The notes beneath the pieces are model-generated. The model saw nothing but the letters and a program-made list of their open reading frames with translations. It was not told the origin of the DNA and searched no databases. This document shows, one piece after another, positions 9,553 to 20,152 of a stretch of DNA of 64,000 nucleotides. The stretch is from Acidobacteriota bacterium. Lineage in GTDB: Bacteria > Acidobacteriota > UBA6911 > RPQK01 > JADFOI01. Within the stretch, counting starts at the first letter, position 1. Each line of letters begins with the position of its first letter. The stretch covers positions 544,001-608,000 of the forward strand of contig OY760074.1 in NCBI GenBank assembly GCA_963663035.1, in the 5' to 3' direction. The translations under genes were made by a program, and so were the position numbers.

Positions 9553-12213
9553 ATGAGCGAGACTATTGCTAAAGCATACGAGCCAGCTCGAGTGGAGACG
9601 AAGTGGTATCGCTGGTGGAAAGAAAAGGGTTACTTTCAAGCCGATGCTGATTCGGAAAAGCCACACTATTCCATCGTCTTGCCGCCACCAAACGTGACCG
9701 GCAAGCTTCACCTGGGTCATGCCCTGAACATCACCTTGCAGGACATTCTTATCCGCTGGAAGCGGATGAACGGGTTCGATGTGCTCTGGCTGCCCGGGAC
9801 GGATCACGCCGGGATTGCCACCCAAAACGTGGTGGAACGCCAGTTGGCCGAACAGGGCAAAAGACGAGTTGACCTGGGCCGTGAGAAGTTCGAAAAGATA
9901 GTCTGGGAGTGGAAGGACACGGCTGAGAAAAATATCTTGGACCAAGCCCGACGGTTAGGTTGTTCCTGGGATTGGAGTCGCAAGCGGTTTACCTTGGATG
10001 AAGGGCTCGCCCGCGCCGTTCGAGAGGTTTTCGTTCGGCTCCACCGAGATGGCCTCATTTACCAAGGCGAATACCTGGTCAACTGGTGTCCCCGCTGTGC
10101 CACGGCCATTTCCGATCTGGAAGTGGAATACGCGCCTCGGGAAGGTCAGCTTTGGCACATCCGCTATCCGATCCAGGGGCAGGAGGATTCTGTGGTGGTG
10201 GCTACCACGCGGCCCGAAACCATGCTGGGCGACACGGCGGTGGCGGTTCATCCTGAAGACGAAAGATACACTTCTTTACAGGGTCGGAGTGTTCTGTTGC
10301 CCTTAATGGATCGGGTGATACCCGTTATCACCGATACTTTTGTGGAGAGAGAGTTTGGGACCGGGGTGGTGAAGGTCACGCCCGGACATGATCCCAACGA
10401 TTTTGAAGCTGGAAAACGTCACGGACTCCTCCTTCTCAAGGTTATCGGGGAGGACGGGAAGATGACCGAAGCAGCAGGAGCTTATGCGGGCATGGACCGT
10501 TTCGAAGCCCGAAAAAAGGTGGTCGCTGACCTGCAGGAGCAGGGCTTACTCATCGAGATTGAGGACCACTCCTACAACATAGGTCTCTGCCAACGCTGTG
10601 AGACGGTAGTCGAACCTCTGGTGTCGAAACAGTGGTTTGTCAAAGTTAAACCACTGGCAGAGGCAGCCATTCAGGCTGTGGAAGAGCAGCAGACCGTTTT
10701 TGTTCCAGAGAATTACCAACGGGTTTACTTTGAATGGATGCGCAACATTCACGATTGGTGTATTAGCCGACAGCTCTGGTGGGGGCATAGGATCCCGGCC
10801 TGGTATTGTGATGACTGTGGAGAAGTCACGGTAGAGCAGGTGGAGCCTTCTACCTGCTCCCACTGTCAAGGTGCTTCACTAAAACAGGACCCCGATGTCC
10901 TGGATACCTGGTTTAGCTCAGCGTTGTGGCCCTTTTCCACGATGGGATGGCCGGATCAAACGAAAGATCTCGAGGTCTACTATCCAACCCAGACTCTGGT
11001 TACGGGTTTTGACATCATTTTCTTTTGGGTAGCACGCATGATGATGATGGGGCTCCGCTTTATGAAAGCGGTGCCCTTCAGCACCGTCCATATTAACGGT
11101 CTTATCCGAGACGAGCATGGGAAAAAGATGTCGAAGTCTCGGGGCAATGTCATTGATCCGCTGCAGATCATGGATGAGTTTGGCACCGATGCCCTGCGCT
11201 TTACACTGGCCGTGCTGGCAGTACCGGGCACGGATGTCCCCTTTTCCATCAGTCGCATGACGGGCTACCGTGCATTCTGCAACAAGATTTGGAACGCGGT
11301 TCGGTTCCTGCTCTTGAACCTGGGGGATGAAAAGGTTGTCAGTGAGCAGGAAATGGATCAGCTGAGGCGCCAGGACCAGCTCGATTTGGGAGAGCGGTGG
11401 ATACTCAGTCGACTTCAGACGGTTGTCGCTGAAACCAATGAAAATCTGGAGAGATTCCGTTTTCACGAGGCCAGCAATGGGCTGTATCATTTCTTCTGGC
11501 ACGAGGTCTGTGATTGGTTCATAGAACTGGCAAAGATCGGTTTTGCCGGCCAGGATTCGGAAAAAGGGAGAAAAACTGGCCGCTTCGCAGCCTACATTCT
11601 GGAAAATTGTCTCCGCTTGCTGCACCCTTTCATTCCTTTCATAACCGAGGAATTGTGGCAGGAGCTTCCCCATTCAGGGGACTCATTGATGGTTGCCCCG
11701 TTCCCGGTGGCTCGCCAGGAATGGATTGACAGAGCGGCTGAAAAGGAAATGGAGGGACTGCAGGAATTGGTGACCGCCATTCGGACGGCCAGATCAGAGA
11801 ACAACATCGATCCGCGCAAGAAGATCCCGCTGCAGTTGTTGTGCAAACAAGAGTATAGGTTGTTCCTCCAATCCCAGCTGCCCTTCATAAAGAGTCTGGC
11901 CCAGCTCGAGGAGGTGGAATTTGTCTCCCAGCTGGAGACAGAAGGTCTCCGCGTCCAGGGAGTTTCCCGAATGGCCGATTTCGTACTGGTCCTGGACCAG
12001 GTTATTGATATTGCAGCGGACCGCGAACGTTTGAGCCGGCAGATCGGCCGCTCTACGGTGAAGCTCCAGCAGCTGCAGAAGAAGCTGCAAGATCCTGACT
12101 TTCTCAAGAAGGCCCCTCAGCGGGTGGTTGTTGCTGCCCGCCAGCGTCACCAGGAAGCGGTCGAACAGCTGAAGAAACTACAGGTAAAACTGGATGGACT
12201 TTCTCAGCCTTGA
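9553..12213 (+). CDS. valS: Valyl-tRNA synthetase
   Basis: [34 protein letters not shown]-terminal coiled coil. Confidence 0.98.
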   Translation: MSETIAKAYEPARVETKWYRWWKEKGYFQADADSEKPHYSIVLPPPNVTGKLHLGHALNITLQDILIRWKRMNGFDVLWLPGTDHAGIATQNVVERQLAEQGKRRVDLGREKFEKIVWEWKDTAEKNILDQARRLGCSWDWSRKRFTLDEGLARAVREVFVRLHRDGLIYQGEYLVNWCPRCATAISDLEVEYAPREGQLWHIRYPIQGQEDSVVVATTRPETMLGDTAVAVHPEDERYTSLQGRSVLLPLMDRVIPVITDTFVEREFGTGVVKVTPGHDPNDFEAGKRHGLLLLKVIGEDGKMTEAAGAYAGMDRFEARKKVVADLQEQGLLIEIEDHSYNIGLCQRCETVVEPLVSKQWFVKVKPLAEAAIQAVEEQQTVFVPENYQRVYFEWMRNIHDWCISRQLWWGHRIPAWYCDDCGEVTVEQVEPSTCSHCQGASLKQDPDVLDTWFSSALWPFSTMGWPDQTKDLEVYYPTQTLVTGFDIIFFWVARMMMMGLRFMKAVPFSTVHINGLIRDEHGKKMSKSRGNVIDPLQIMDEFGTDALRFTLAVLAVPGTDVPFSISRMTGYRAFCNKIWNAVRFLLLNLGDEKVVSEQEMDQLRRQDQLDLGERWILSRLQTVVAETNENLERFRFHEASNGLYHFFWHEVCDWFIELAKIGFAGQDSEKGRKTGRFAAYILENCLRLLHPFIPFITEELWQELPHSGDSLMVAPFPVARQEWIDRAAEKEMEGLQELVTAIRTARSENNIDPRKKIPLQLLCKQEYRLFLQSQLPFIKSLAQLEEVEFVSQLETEGLRVQGVSRMADFVLVLDQVIDIAADRERLSRQIGRSTVKLQQLQKKLQDPDFLKKAPQRVVVAARQRHQEAVEQLKKLQVKLDGLSQP

Positions 12214-13060
12214 TCCACTCTTAAAACAAGCTCTTCAGGAAGACCTGGGTCGCGGCGATATTACGACCGAGGCCATCCTTGGAATGTCCAAATCCTCGCT
12301 AAGAGGTGCAATTCAGGCCCAGGCTGTCCTGGTGGGCAAAGAGAAGTTCATTCTGGCTGGCTGGCCCATTTTCGTGCGGGTTTTTCAGCTCCTGGGGGAG
12401 GTGCAGGCCCAGACTAGTTTTGAGGAGGGTGCCCAGGTTGAACAGGAAAGTACAGTAGGGAAGTTGTCAGGAGCGGCTTCTCTACTGCTCAAGGGTGAAC
12501 GTGTGGCAATGAACTTCTTACAGCGCATGAGCGGAGTGGCCACCCAGACTCGAAAATATGTCGAGCTCGTTGCCCACACCACAGCGAAGGTCTTGGATAC
12601 ACGCAAGACCACCCCTTTGTGGCGAAGCCTCGAAAGGTATGCGGTGAGAACAGGAGGGGGGCTGAATCACAGGTTTGGTTTGGATGATGGCATTCTGATT
12701 AAAGAAAATCACATTGCCATAGCCGGGGGAATTGAGGCGGCCCTGGATGCCTGCCGGAGCCGACTGAAGCACCTTCACAAAATCGAGATCGAGGTGAGGA
12801 ATCTCGAAGAGGTTTCCCAAGCCATCAATGCAGGAGCAGAGGTGTTGCTGTTGGACAATATGAGTACCCAAGAAGTTCAAGAAGCCGTCCAGGCTGTTAA
12901 GGGTCGCTGTGTGTTGGAGGTCTCCGGTGGTGTCAACGAAAGCAATATTGTGAAATATGCTGAGGCGGGAGTGGACTTTATTTCTCTGGGGACTTTGACG
13001 CACTCCTCCCCGTCGGTGGATTTAAGCCTAATTTTGAAGCCTGATCTTGAAGGCATATGA
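12194..13060 (+). CDS. nadC: Quinolinate phosphoribosyltransferase
   Basis: [40 protein letters not shown]. Confidence 0.96.
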   Translation: MDFLSLDPLLKQALQEDLGRGDITTEAILGMSKSSLRGAIQAQAVLVGKEKFILAGWPIFVRVFQLLGEVQAQTSFEEGAQVEQESTVGKLSGAASLLLKGERVAMNFLQRMSGVATQTRKYVELVAHTTAKVLDTRKTTPLWRSLERYAVRTGGGLNHRFGLDDGILIKENHIAIAGGIEAALDACRSRLKHLHKIEIEVRNLEEVSQAINAGAEVLLLDNMSTQEVQEAVQAVKGRCVLEVSGGVNESNIVKYAEAGVDFISLGTLTHSSPSVDLSLILKPDLEGI

Positions 13061-13686
13061 GGGTTGAGAAACGCGAGAAGGGTCAACTCTTCAGGCAGTT
13101 TGACTATTTGGATCTTGTTGATTCTACAAACGACTATTTGAAAGCGTTTGTAGAAGATGGTGAGCCCCTAATGGTCGTGGCCCGGGAACAAACAGCCGGA
13201 AAAGGGCGCTTTGATCGCAAGTGGTACTCACCCCCTGAGGAGGGCTTATATGTGTCCTATCTGTTCTATCCCGGGTGGAGGGTGGAGCATTCCCCCTTCT
13301 TAAACATACTCTCGGGACTAGCGGTAGTCCGTACCATACAAGAGGAGAGCGTCTCAGACCTTCAGCTCAAACTGAAGCTTCCCAACGACATCTTGCTGGA
13401 AGGGAAAAAGGTGGGAGGAATTTTGACCGAGACCAGTAGCCTCCATGATCAAATTCTTTGGGCCATCGTTGGAATTGGGGTCAATCTCTACCAGAGATCT
13501 TTTCCCAAGGATCTAGACCAGAAGGCAACATCCCTTTCCTTGGAAGGGGTAACTGTGGGCCATCGGCTGGACTTTTGTGACAGTCTGACCCGGCAGTTCG
13601 AGCTCCTTTACCGCCAACTTGAAACGGGAGCGTGGGAGGTTGTTCAGGCAGAATTTGAAGAGCAGCTGACGGCACTCGACCCATGA
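13057..13686 (+). CDS. birA: Biotin-protein ligase (no N-terminal HTH)
   Basis: DSTN, QTAGKGR..RKWYSP, KLPNDI, KVGGILTE, GIGVN. Confidence 0.92.
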   Translation: MRVEKREKGQLFRQFDYLDLVDSTNDYLKAFVEDGEPLMVVAREQTAGKGRFDRKWYSPPEEGLYVSYLFYPGWRVEHSPFLNILSGLAVVRTIQEESVSDLQLKLKLPNDILLEGKKVGGILTETSSLHDQILWAIVGIGVNLYQRSFPKDLDQKATSLSLEGVTVGHRLDFCDSLTRQFELLYRQLETGAWEVVQAEFEEQLTALDP

Positions 13687-14639
13687 ACATTTTTAGCTAT
13701 CAGGAAGGACCCGGCTACTTCAAGCGGCTCCAGGAAGCTCTGAAGACGACCAAGGATGATCTCGGGTATCGGATTCATCAGGCGATGGGTACGACGGAGA
13801 GTCCATTGAGGGAGGATCAAATCGAAGAGCTGGAAGAGATCTTGATCAGTGCGGACATTGGGGTCCAGACGACCTTGCAGATTGTTGAAAGGGTGCGGGA
13901 GGAGACTCGTGGGCAGAGAATCGTGACCCGTGACAGGGTCAACCGAATGATTCGGGAGGAGATGCTCGACATCTTGAAGGCCAGCCAAGTTCTGCCCCAT
14001 GAGAGTTTCCCCACCTCTGGCCCTCACGTCGTTTTTGTGGTTGGGGTTAATGGTGTCGGGAAAACGACCACTGTCGGTAAACTGGCTCATCGTCTGAGTC
14101 AGAATGGGAAGGAGGTGCTGATTTGCGCATCGGATACCTTTCGGGCAGCGGCGGTCGAACAACTCATGATCTGGGCCGAGCGAACCCAGACGGACATCGT
14201 CAAACAGGGCTCGGGAGCAGATCCGGCAGCCGTCTTGTTTGATGCCATCGCGGCAAGCAAGGCCAGAAAGAAGGATGTTCTCATCGTCGACACCGCTGGT
14301 CGTCTTCACACCCAGACCCATCTCATGCGAGAGGTGGAGAAAATGAAGCGTATTGCGGGGGAGCAGGTCGAAGGCGCTCCCCACGAGATCTATTGGATTC
14401 TGGATGCAACCACAGGCCAGAATGGGTTAAATCAGGCACGAGAGTTTTACGATAGGATTGGAATGACTGGGATCATTGTCACCAAATTGGATGGGACTGC
14501 CAAAGGGGGAATCCTGGTTGCCATCGCCAGAGAATTCAACATTCCCATCCTTTATATTGGAATCGGAGAGAGTCAGGAAGATCTCATCCCGTTCTCAGCG
14601 GAGGCTTTTGTTGACTCTCTGGAGCTGGAACAGTCTTAG
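13683..14639 (+). CDS. ftsY: SRP receptor FtsY
   Basis: GVNGVGKTTT, DTFRAAA, DTAGR, TKLDGTAKGG. Confidence 0.97.
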   Translation: MNIFSYQEGPGYFKRLQEALKTTKDDLGYRIHQAMGTTESPLREDQIEELEEILISADIGVQTTLQIVERVREETRGQRIVTRDRVNRMIREEMLDILKASQVLPHESFPTSGPHVVFVVGVNGVGKTTTVGKLAHRLSQNGKEVLICASDTFRAAAVEQLMIWAERTQTDIVKQGSGADPAAVLFDAIAASKARKKDVLIVDTAGRLHTQTHLMREVEKMKRIAGEQVEGAPHEIYWILDATTGQNGLNQAREFYDRIGMTGIIVTKLDGTAKGGILVAIAREFNIPILYIGIGESQEDLIPFSAEAFVDSLELEQS

Positions 14640-15337
14640 CCTCTCCGGTAGTCCCGGCGCGCGGGTTCGCGTGCAAAAAGCCAGATCAGAATCACGCCCG
14701 ATAAGAACCCACCGATATGGGCCCACCAGGCCACTCCTCCCGTCATGTCGGAGACCGCACCTATCGAAGCCATTCCATTGAAAAGCTGAACAGAGAACCA
14801 GAATCCCATGAGCAGCAGAGCCGGGAGTTCCACAACGGGCCAAATGATCAACAAGGGGAGTAACGTCGACACTCGCGCCAGCGGATAACTGATCAGATAG
14901 GCCCCCAGCACCCCAGCTACCGCACCGCTGGCTCCGATTGTGGGGATTCGGCTAGTCAGGTTGAAGAGAACGTGCGCCCCGCCTGCCAGAACGCCACACA
15001 ACAGATAGAAGAAGAGGAAACGAAGGGGGCCCATTCGGTCCTCAACGTTATCTCCAAAGATCCACAAAAACCATATGTTTCCCAGCAAGTGAATAATGCC
15101 GCCGTGTAGGAACATGGAAGTCACCAGAGAGCTTCCCATGTAAGCAAAGAGCGGAATGGCAGATTGTCCACCGAGCTGCAATTTGGAGGGAACAATTCCA
15201 TAAGAAAAGAAAAGGTCATCCAGAACTGCTGATGGTAGAGACAACTCGTAAAGAAATGCAGCGACATTGGCCAGGATCAGCATCACGGTGATGACCGGGA
15301 AACGCCGGGATGGAACATTGTCTTTGAAGGGAATCAC
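14636..15337 (-). CDS. Rhomboid family intramembrane serine protease
   Basis: MFLHGG..HLLGN, GASG, AHIGG. Confidence 0.95.
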   Translation of the reverse strand: MIPFKDNVPSRRFPVITVMLILANVAAFLYELSLPSAVLDDLFFSYGIVPSKLQLGGQSAIPLFAYMGSSLVTSMFLHGGIIHLLGNIWFLWIFGDNVEDRMGPLRFLFFYLLCGVLAGGAHVLFNLTSRIPTIGASGAVAGVLGAYLISYPLARVSTLLPLLIIWPVVELPALLLMGFWFSVQLFNGMASIGAVSDMTGGVAWWAHIGGFLSGVILIWLFAREPARRDYRRG

Positions 15338-15369
15338 GTGTTAAAGGACCAGTGAGTCGGATCTCAGGG

Positions 15370-16950
15370 TCATAGGGATATCAGCAGAGCGAATTGCACG
15401 GCCGGAATGCTCCGGATTGCTTGCAGCACCTCTTCCGGAATCTTGCCGTCAGCGTTGACCACTCCGACGGCGTGAGCGCTATCTCCGTCCCGACCCAGCA
15501 CAAAGGAAGCGATGTTAATCTTTGCCTCACCGAGAATCGTGCCTACCTGCCCGATGACTCCGGGAGTATCTTGGTTTCGGATAAAAAGGATCTGTTTCCC
15601 AAGCTCCGTTTCAACCGGGATTCCGTCGATGGAGACCAACCGGAAGTTGCCCTTATGTAAGATGGCTCCTTCGATCCAGTCGGTCTTCTGGGGAGAGCGC
15701 AGCTGGATGCTGATGAGGTTCGAATAGCTGCGCTGCCGAGTGCTCACAGTTTCTATGATTGCAATGCCGCGTTCCTGTGCATAACTTCTGGCATTCACCT
15801 GGTTGACTTCTTCCGACAGAATGGGCTTCAAGATGGCCTTCAAGATGTAATTACTGATAGGTTTGTAATTGAGCTGGGTGAAGTCGCCGTAGTACCGGAT
15901 GCCGATCTCTGAGAGCCGAAGATCTGAAACCTGGCTGATAAATGAACCCAATTTTTCGCCCAAGGAGAGATAGGGCTGAATCTGCTCCATGACCTGGGGT
16001 GTCACGGAGGGGAAGTTCACCGCGTTGACGATCACCTCATCCTGCAAGTACGCCGCCACCTGTTGGGCGATGTCGTAACCCACCTTGGCTTGAGCTTCTA
16101 CGGTGGAGCCAGCGATGTGAGGGGTCAGGACAGTTCGCTTCGAAGCGAGGAGTGGAGGATGGATTTTCGGCTCATTCTCGAAGACATCCAGGGCCGCTCC
16201 TCCCAGGTGTCCTTTGTCCAGTGCTTCTGCAAGGTCCACCTCAACCACTAGGTCACCGCGGGCAGCATTGATCAGAATGGCCCCTCGTTTCATCAACTGT
16301 AGGGTGTTCTTGCACATCAGGCCTTTCGTCTTCTCATTCAGTGGAGCATGCAGACTGACAAAGTCAGATTCGGACAAGACGTCTTCTAAAGACCGCAGGT
16401 GGACGCCCAGATCGCGTGTGTACTCTTCGCTGACAAAGGGATCATAGGCCAGGACTCTCATCTGAAAGGAGTGCGCCCGCTGGGCCATGATAGAGCCGAT
16501 CTTTCCCAGTCCGATGAGGCCCATTGTCTTGTTTTGGAGCTCTTGTCCAACAAACGCCTTCTTGTTCCACGTTCCCGCTCGCAGCGAAGGATCGGCGAAG
16601 GGAATCTTTCGTGCCAAGGCCAGCAAAAGGGCAAAAGTATGCTCCGCTACACTGACACTGTTGCCACCCGGAGTATTCATCACCACAACACCCTTGCGAG
16701 TGGCCGCCTCTATATCGATATTGTCCACCCCTGCACCTGCGCGCCCGATCACACGAAGTCGCTGGGATGCCTCGATGACGTCCTGAGTGACCCGAGTCTT
16801 ACTGCGAACAATCAGTCCTTCTGCGTCGTGTATTTCCGACAGCAACTCCTCCGAGGAGAGCTCCAATTTGCAGACGACTTCAAGGCCGGGTTGTTGTTTC
16901 AGATAATCCACTCCCTCTTGGGAGATAGGATCGGTGATCAAGACTTTCAT
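15370..16950 (-). CDS. serA: D-3-phosphoglycerate dehydrogenase (type I, with ASB and ACT domains)
   Basis: GRAGAGVDNID, GLGKIG, NAARG, DVFENEP, TPHIAGST, C-terminal ACT DTPGVIG. Confidence 0.95.
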   Translation of the reverse strand: MKVLITDPISQEGVDYLKQQPGLEVVCKLELSSEELLSEIHDAEGLIVRSKTRVTQDVIEASQRLRVIGRAGAGVDNIDIEAATRKGVVVMNTPGGNSVSVAEHTFALLLALARKIPFADPSLRAGTWNKKAFVGQELQNKTMGLIGLGKIGSIMAQRAHSFQMRVLAYDPFVSEEYTRDLGVHLRSLEDVLSESDFVSLHAPLNEKTKGLMCKNTLQLMKRGAILINAARGDLVVEVDLAEALDKGHLGGAALDVFENEPKIHPPLLASKRTVLTPHIAGSTVEAQAKVGYDIAQQVAAYLQDEVIVNAVNFPSVTPQVMEQIQPYLSLGEKLGSFISQVSDLRLSEIGIRYYGDFTQLNYKPISNYILKAILKPILSEEVNQVNARSYAQERGIAIIETVSTRQRSYSNLISIQLRSPQKTDWIEGAILHKGNFRLVSIDGIPVETELGKQILFIRNQDTPGVIGQVGTILGEAKINIASFVLGRDGDSAHAVGVVNADGKIPEEVLQAIRSIPAVQFALLISL

Positions 16951-18146
16951 GGCGATTCCTGCAAGTGCGCCCTGGTCCTCTGGACTTCGCCCGAAGGCGG
17001 CTCTTTGCTGTTGGTGGCTTCAAGAGCGGCAGCTCGGACGCTGCCTCCCAGGTCGATCTCCAGTCCCATCTTGAACAGGCTGAGTTCGATGGCGGAGAGC
17101 ACTGAGAACACATCCAGGAGATCAAAATAACCCAGATGGGCAATTCGAACAATCCGATTCTTCAGTTCACCCTGTCCGCCTGCCACCTTGATCCCGAATT
17201 CATCTTCGAGCGTCTTCACCAGCTCAGGAGCGGAGACGCCATGGGGAGGAAAGGCTGCTGTCACAGCGTTGGCCGGAGAGGAGGAGAGAAGCCTGAAGCC
17301 CAGCTCCAGAAGTCCCTTTCGCGTGCAGCGAGCCATTAACTCGGCTTCAGCCAGGACTTGATCAAGACCCTGTCGAAGAATCTCTCGGGTGGTCTCGTTC
17401 AGGCCGACGATCAGTGAAATCGCAGGTGTAAAAACAGTCTGGCCCTTCCGCTGTTTCTGTACTTCTTCCAGCAAATTGAAGTAATAGGGGTGCCAGGAGT
17501 TGGCTTCCATTTTTTCAATCGCTCTGGAACTCAGGGTCAAAAAAGACAAACCAGGAGAGAGGGCAAAGCCTTTCTGAGATCCGCTGATGACTATATCCAG
17601 TCCCCACTGGTCTGTCTCGACCGGTTGGGTCAGCAGGGCCGTGATGGCATCGACCACGATGAAGACTTTTGGAAATCTCTCACCGACCAATTGGGCGATG
17701 CGTTCCAGATTGTGGGAGGTTGCCGTTGAGGTCTCGCATGCCTGGATCAGAATAGCCTGAATCTCTGGATGGTGTTCTAGAGTTTCACAGATTTCCTCCG
17801 CCGAGGCTGCCTCGCCATATTCCTTCTCCAGAGAAGTGCAGGGAATGCGATAGGTTTGGCAGATTTTTCCCCAACGCTCGCCAAACTTACCGGTCACAAC
17901 AGCCAGTGCCGGGTCATCCGGAGACAGTAGACTGGACACCGCTGCTTCCATGGCTCCTGTCCCTGAGGAAGCCAAAATGATCACGTCATTCTCGGTGCTG
18001 AAGATCTTCTGCAGATTTTGACGAGTCTCCAGCAGCAGCTCTGAGAATTGCTCTGTACGATGATGAACGATGGGACGCGACATGGCTAGCTGAGCCTCCG
18101 GCATCAGGGGGGTCGGTCCTGGAGTGAACAGCCTCTTCTTGTACAT
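16947..18146 (-). CDS. Class V PLP aminotransferase (serine-pyruvate/alanine-glyoxylate type)
   Basis: LFTPGPT, SSGTGAMEAA, ETST, VDAI, GSQK; overlaps the serA start. Confidence 0.92.
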   Translation of the reverse strand: MYKKRLFTPGPTPLMPEAQLAMSRPIVHHRTEQFSELLLETRQNLQKIFSTENDVIILASSGTGAMEAAVSSLLSPDDPALAVVTGKFGERWGKICQTYRIPCTSLEKEYGEAASAEEICETLEHHPEIQAILIQACETSTATSHNLERIAQLVGERFPKVFIVVDAITALLTQPVETDQWGLDIVISGSQKGFALSPGLSFLTLSSRAIEKMEANSWHPYYFNLLEEVQKQRKGQTVFTPAISLIVGLNETTREILRQGLDQVLAEAELMARCTRKGLLELGFRLLSSSPANAVTAAFPPHGVSAPELVKTLEDEFGIKVAGGQGELKNRIVRIAHLGYFDLLDVFSVLSAIELSLFKMGLEIDLGGSVRAAALEATNSKEPPSGEVQRTRAHLQESP

Positions 18147-18190
18147 GGGCAAATGATACTACAAGTGACAGGATGGCGTTCGTGCTCTCG

Positions 18191-18305
18191 GTGGGAGGCA
18201 CCTCCGGTGCGAGTGGGAGGCACCTCAGGGTGTCGGTGGGAGGCACCTCCGGTGCGAGTGGAAGGCACCTCAGGGTGTCGGTGGGAGGCACCTCCGGTGC
18301 CGAAT
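18191..18305 (+). repeat. REP-like tandem array of five units, alternating 22/23-bp variants (45-bp period)
   Basis: gtgggaggcacctccggtgcga and gtgg(g/a)aggcacctcagggtgtcg alternate, ending in ...ggtgccgaat. Confidence 0.9.
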
Positions 18306-18361
18306 CTTAAAAACGGGCAGCCTTGACCTCATCCGCCGTTCTTGCCTATCATCGACGCTTC

Positions 18362-18724
18362 ATGTTCTACCCTGGCTGGATCTGTTTAGCCGCGTGGTTT
18401 GTGCCCGGTGCCGGCCATCTGTTGCTCAAGAAGTGGAGAAGAGGACTGGTCTTCTTTTTGGCCTTGATGGTGTTGTTCTTCTGTGGCCTGGTCATGGATG
18501 GAAGGTTGTTTGGTCTGTCCCCAGGCTTTTTTGGGATTCTCAAGTTTGTTGCCGATGCGAGTGCCGGGTCTCTCTATCTGGTAGCGACAGTCATGGGATG
18601 GGGAGAGGGCGATGTGACCAGCTACGGATACGAGTACGGGAACACCTTTCTCTATACAACCGGTTTGCTCAACATGCTCCTGGTCGTTGATGCGTTTGAT
18701 ATCGCTCGGGGTAAGAAACCGTGA
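18362..18724 (+). CDS. Membrane protein, DUF6677-like
   Basis: AWFVPGAGH...RG and EYGNTFLYTTGLLNML motifs; hydrophobic. Confidence 0.7.
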   Translation: MFYPGWICLAAWFVPGAGHLLLKKWRRGLVFFLALMVLFFCGLVMDGRLFGLSPGFFGILKFVADASAGSLYLVATVMGWGEGDVTSYGYEYGNTFLYTTGLLNMLLVVDAFDIARGKKP

Positions 18725-18888
18725 ATCATTACATCGCCATCTCAATACTCTCCCTTGGCATTGCCACAGTGTTTACCTTGATTACCAAAGAGACCAAGCA
18801 AGATCGCATTCGTTACTTTCTGAAGTTGATGGGTTATATGGTCTTGGGTTCTTTTGTCGCTTCCTGGCTCATGTACAGCATCGCTTAG
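18721..18888 (+). CDS. Small two-TM hypothetical protein (55 aa), absent from the ORF track
   Basis: GTGA overlap with the upstream stop; MNHYIAISILSLGIATVFTLITKETKQDRIRYFLKLMGYMVLGSFVASWLMYSIA; ends 3 bp before the next ATG. Confidence 0.75.
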   Translation: MNHYIAISILSLGIATVFTLITKETKQDRIRYFLKLMGYMVLGSFVASWLMYSIA

Positions 18889-18891
18889 TGA

Positions 18892-19257
18892 ATGACCAAA
18901 GACTTTCACTATTGGATGCCGGCCCTTGTTTACGCCGCCCTGATTTTTTCTCTCTCCCACCAAAGTAACCTACCTGGCTCAGACCTGCTATCGGATCGTA
19001 TCAGTCATTTTGGGGAATATGCCCTCTTCGGACTGACCCTGGTGTGGGGAGCGACCTCAGGATTTCACCTGCCTCTCACCTCCAAGAGTGTCATCTTCGT
19101 TGGTGTGATCGCCGCCTTGTACGCGCTCAGCGATGAATTTCATCAATCCTTCGTCCCCAATCGGGAAGCATCCTCACGGGACCTGGCAGCGGATGTGCTT
19201 GGCGCCGTGGTCTGTCTGAGTGTTGTTTGGGTGGCGAAGAAGGGAAAGTGGCGCTAA
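18892..19257 (+). CDS. VanZ family membrane protein
   Basis: W.P..Y..LIF.LS, HFGEY, DEFHQSFVPNR..S..D..AD. Confidence 0.9.
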   Translation: MTKDFHYWMPALVYAALIFSLSHQSNLPGSDLLSDRISHFGEYALFGLTLVWGATSGFHLPLTSKSVIFVGVIAALYALSDEFHQSFVPNREASSRDLAADVLGAVVCLSVVWVAKKGKWR

Positions 19258-19309
19258 ATCCTTTTTCTACCCTCATAGCATTTCCTCTTTCAACGTTATA
19301 GCTAGTGAA

Positions 19310-19993
19310 ATGGATGCAATTCCTGCCTATTTGCCCAGTAGGAGACTGTTCGAGGTGGATTGGGAGTCGCTTTCTGATCTGGAGCTGGTGGCGCTGCTTA
19401 TCGGTCCCGGCACTCCCGAAAGACGGGCCCTGCGGGATGCTCAAAGGCTGCTGGAGGGAATCGGTTCCAGGAACTTCCGAGAGGTTTGTTATGAGGACCT
19501 TCGCCACACCGGGTTGGGTCGGAAGAAAGCCCTGGCGGTGTTGGCAGCAGTTCAGCTTTCGCGTCGGATCCACAGAACTCCCCTCCTTCCCGGACAGCCA
19601 TTTCGCTCCAGCCTGGAAGTCTTCCGCCATTTTCAACCCCTTGTGGATGGATTGAAGAAGGAATGTTTCTGGAGTGTGCTCCTGGATAGCAAGAATCGTA
19701 TTGTGAGAGTCGTTCGGGTGTCGGAAGGATCCCTCACCTCCTCTCTGGTCCATCCTCGAGAAGTCTTCCGGCCGGCGATTCAGCAAGCGGCCGCCGCGGT
19801 GCTGTTTGTTCACAACCATCCCAGTGGCGACCCTGCCCCCAGTCAGGAGGACATTCAAATCACCAGACGATTGATGCAAACGGGAAAGATCGTGGGAATC
19901 AGAGCCTTGGACCATGTGATCATTGGCGCCCACAAATTCTTCAGCTTTGCCGACCAGGGTTTACTGTCAGACTGGAAGATCTCATCCGAGTGA
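19310..19993 (+). CDS. radC: RadC/UPF0758 JAB-domain protein
   Basis: LSDLELVALL, HPREVF, HNHPSGDPAPSQED, LDHVIIG. Confidence 0.93.
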   Translation: MDAIPAYLPSRRLFEVDWESLSDLELVALLIGPGTPERRALRDAQRLLEGIGSRNFREVCYEDLRHTGLGRKKALAVLAAVQLSRRIHRTPLLPGQPFRSSLEVFRHFQPLVDGLKKECFWSVLLDSKNRIVRVVRVSEGSLTSSLVHPREVFRPAIQQAAAAVLFVHNHPSGDPAPSQEDIQITRRLMQTGKIVGIRALDHVIIGAHKFFSFADQGLLSDWKISSE

Positions 19994-20008
19994 GTGGGTC
20001 TTGGAATG

Positions 20009-20046
20009 AAAAAAGGGCAGGTCCTCCAACTCAGAAAACCTGCCCT
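20009..20046 (-). terminator. Intrinsic terminator-like hairpin with the U tract on the minus strand
   Basis: agggcaggt (20014-22) pairs with acctgccct (20038-46); A-run at 20009-13 on the plus strand. Confidence 0.5.
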
Positions 20047-20152
20047 CAGGGTGCAAGCAGGGTGTCACCCAATCCCTGCTGTATTTGCCATTTTACTCAT
20101 AACGCTTTTTCCTGCGGTGATGTCCGTCACTGACCAGCGGAATTATAAAGCC

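Noticed and set aside
18191-18305. Possible CRISPR array (also 4532-4610 and 45363-45437)
   Set aside because: Units abut without unique spacers, no cas genes are present, and the same motif is dispersed like a REP
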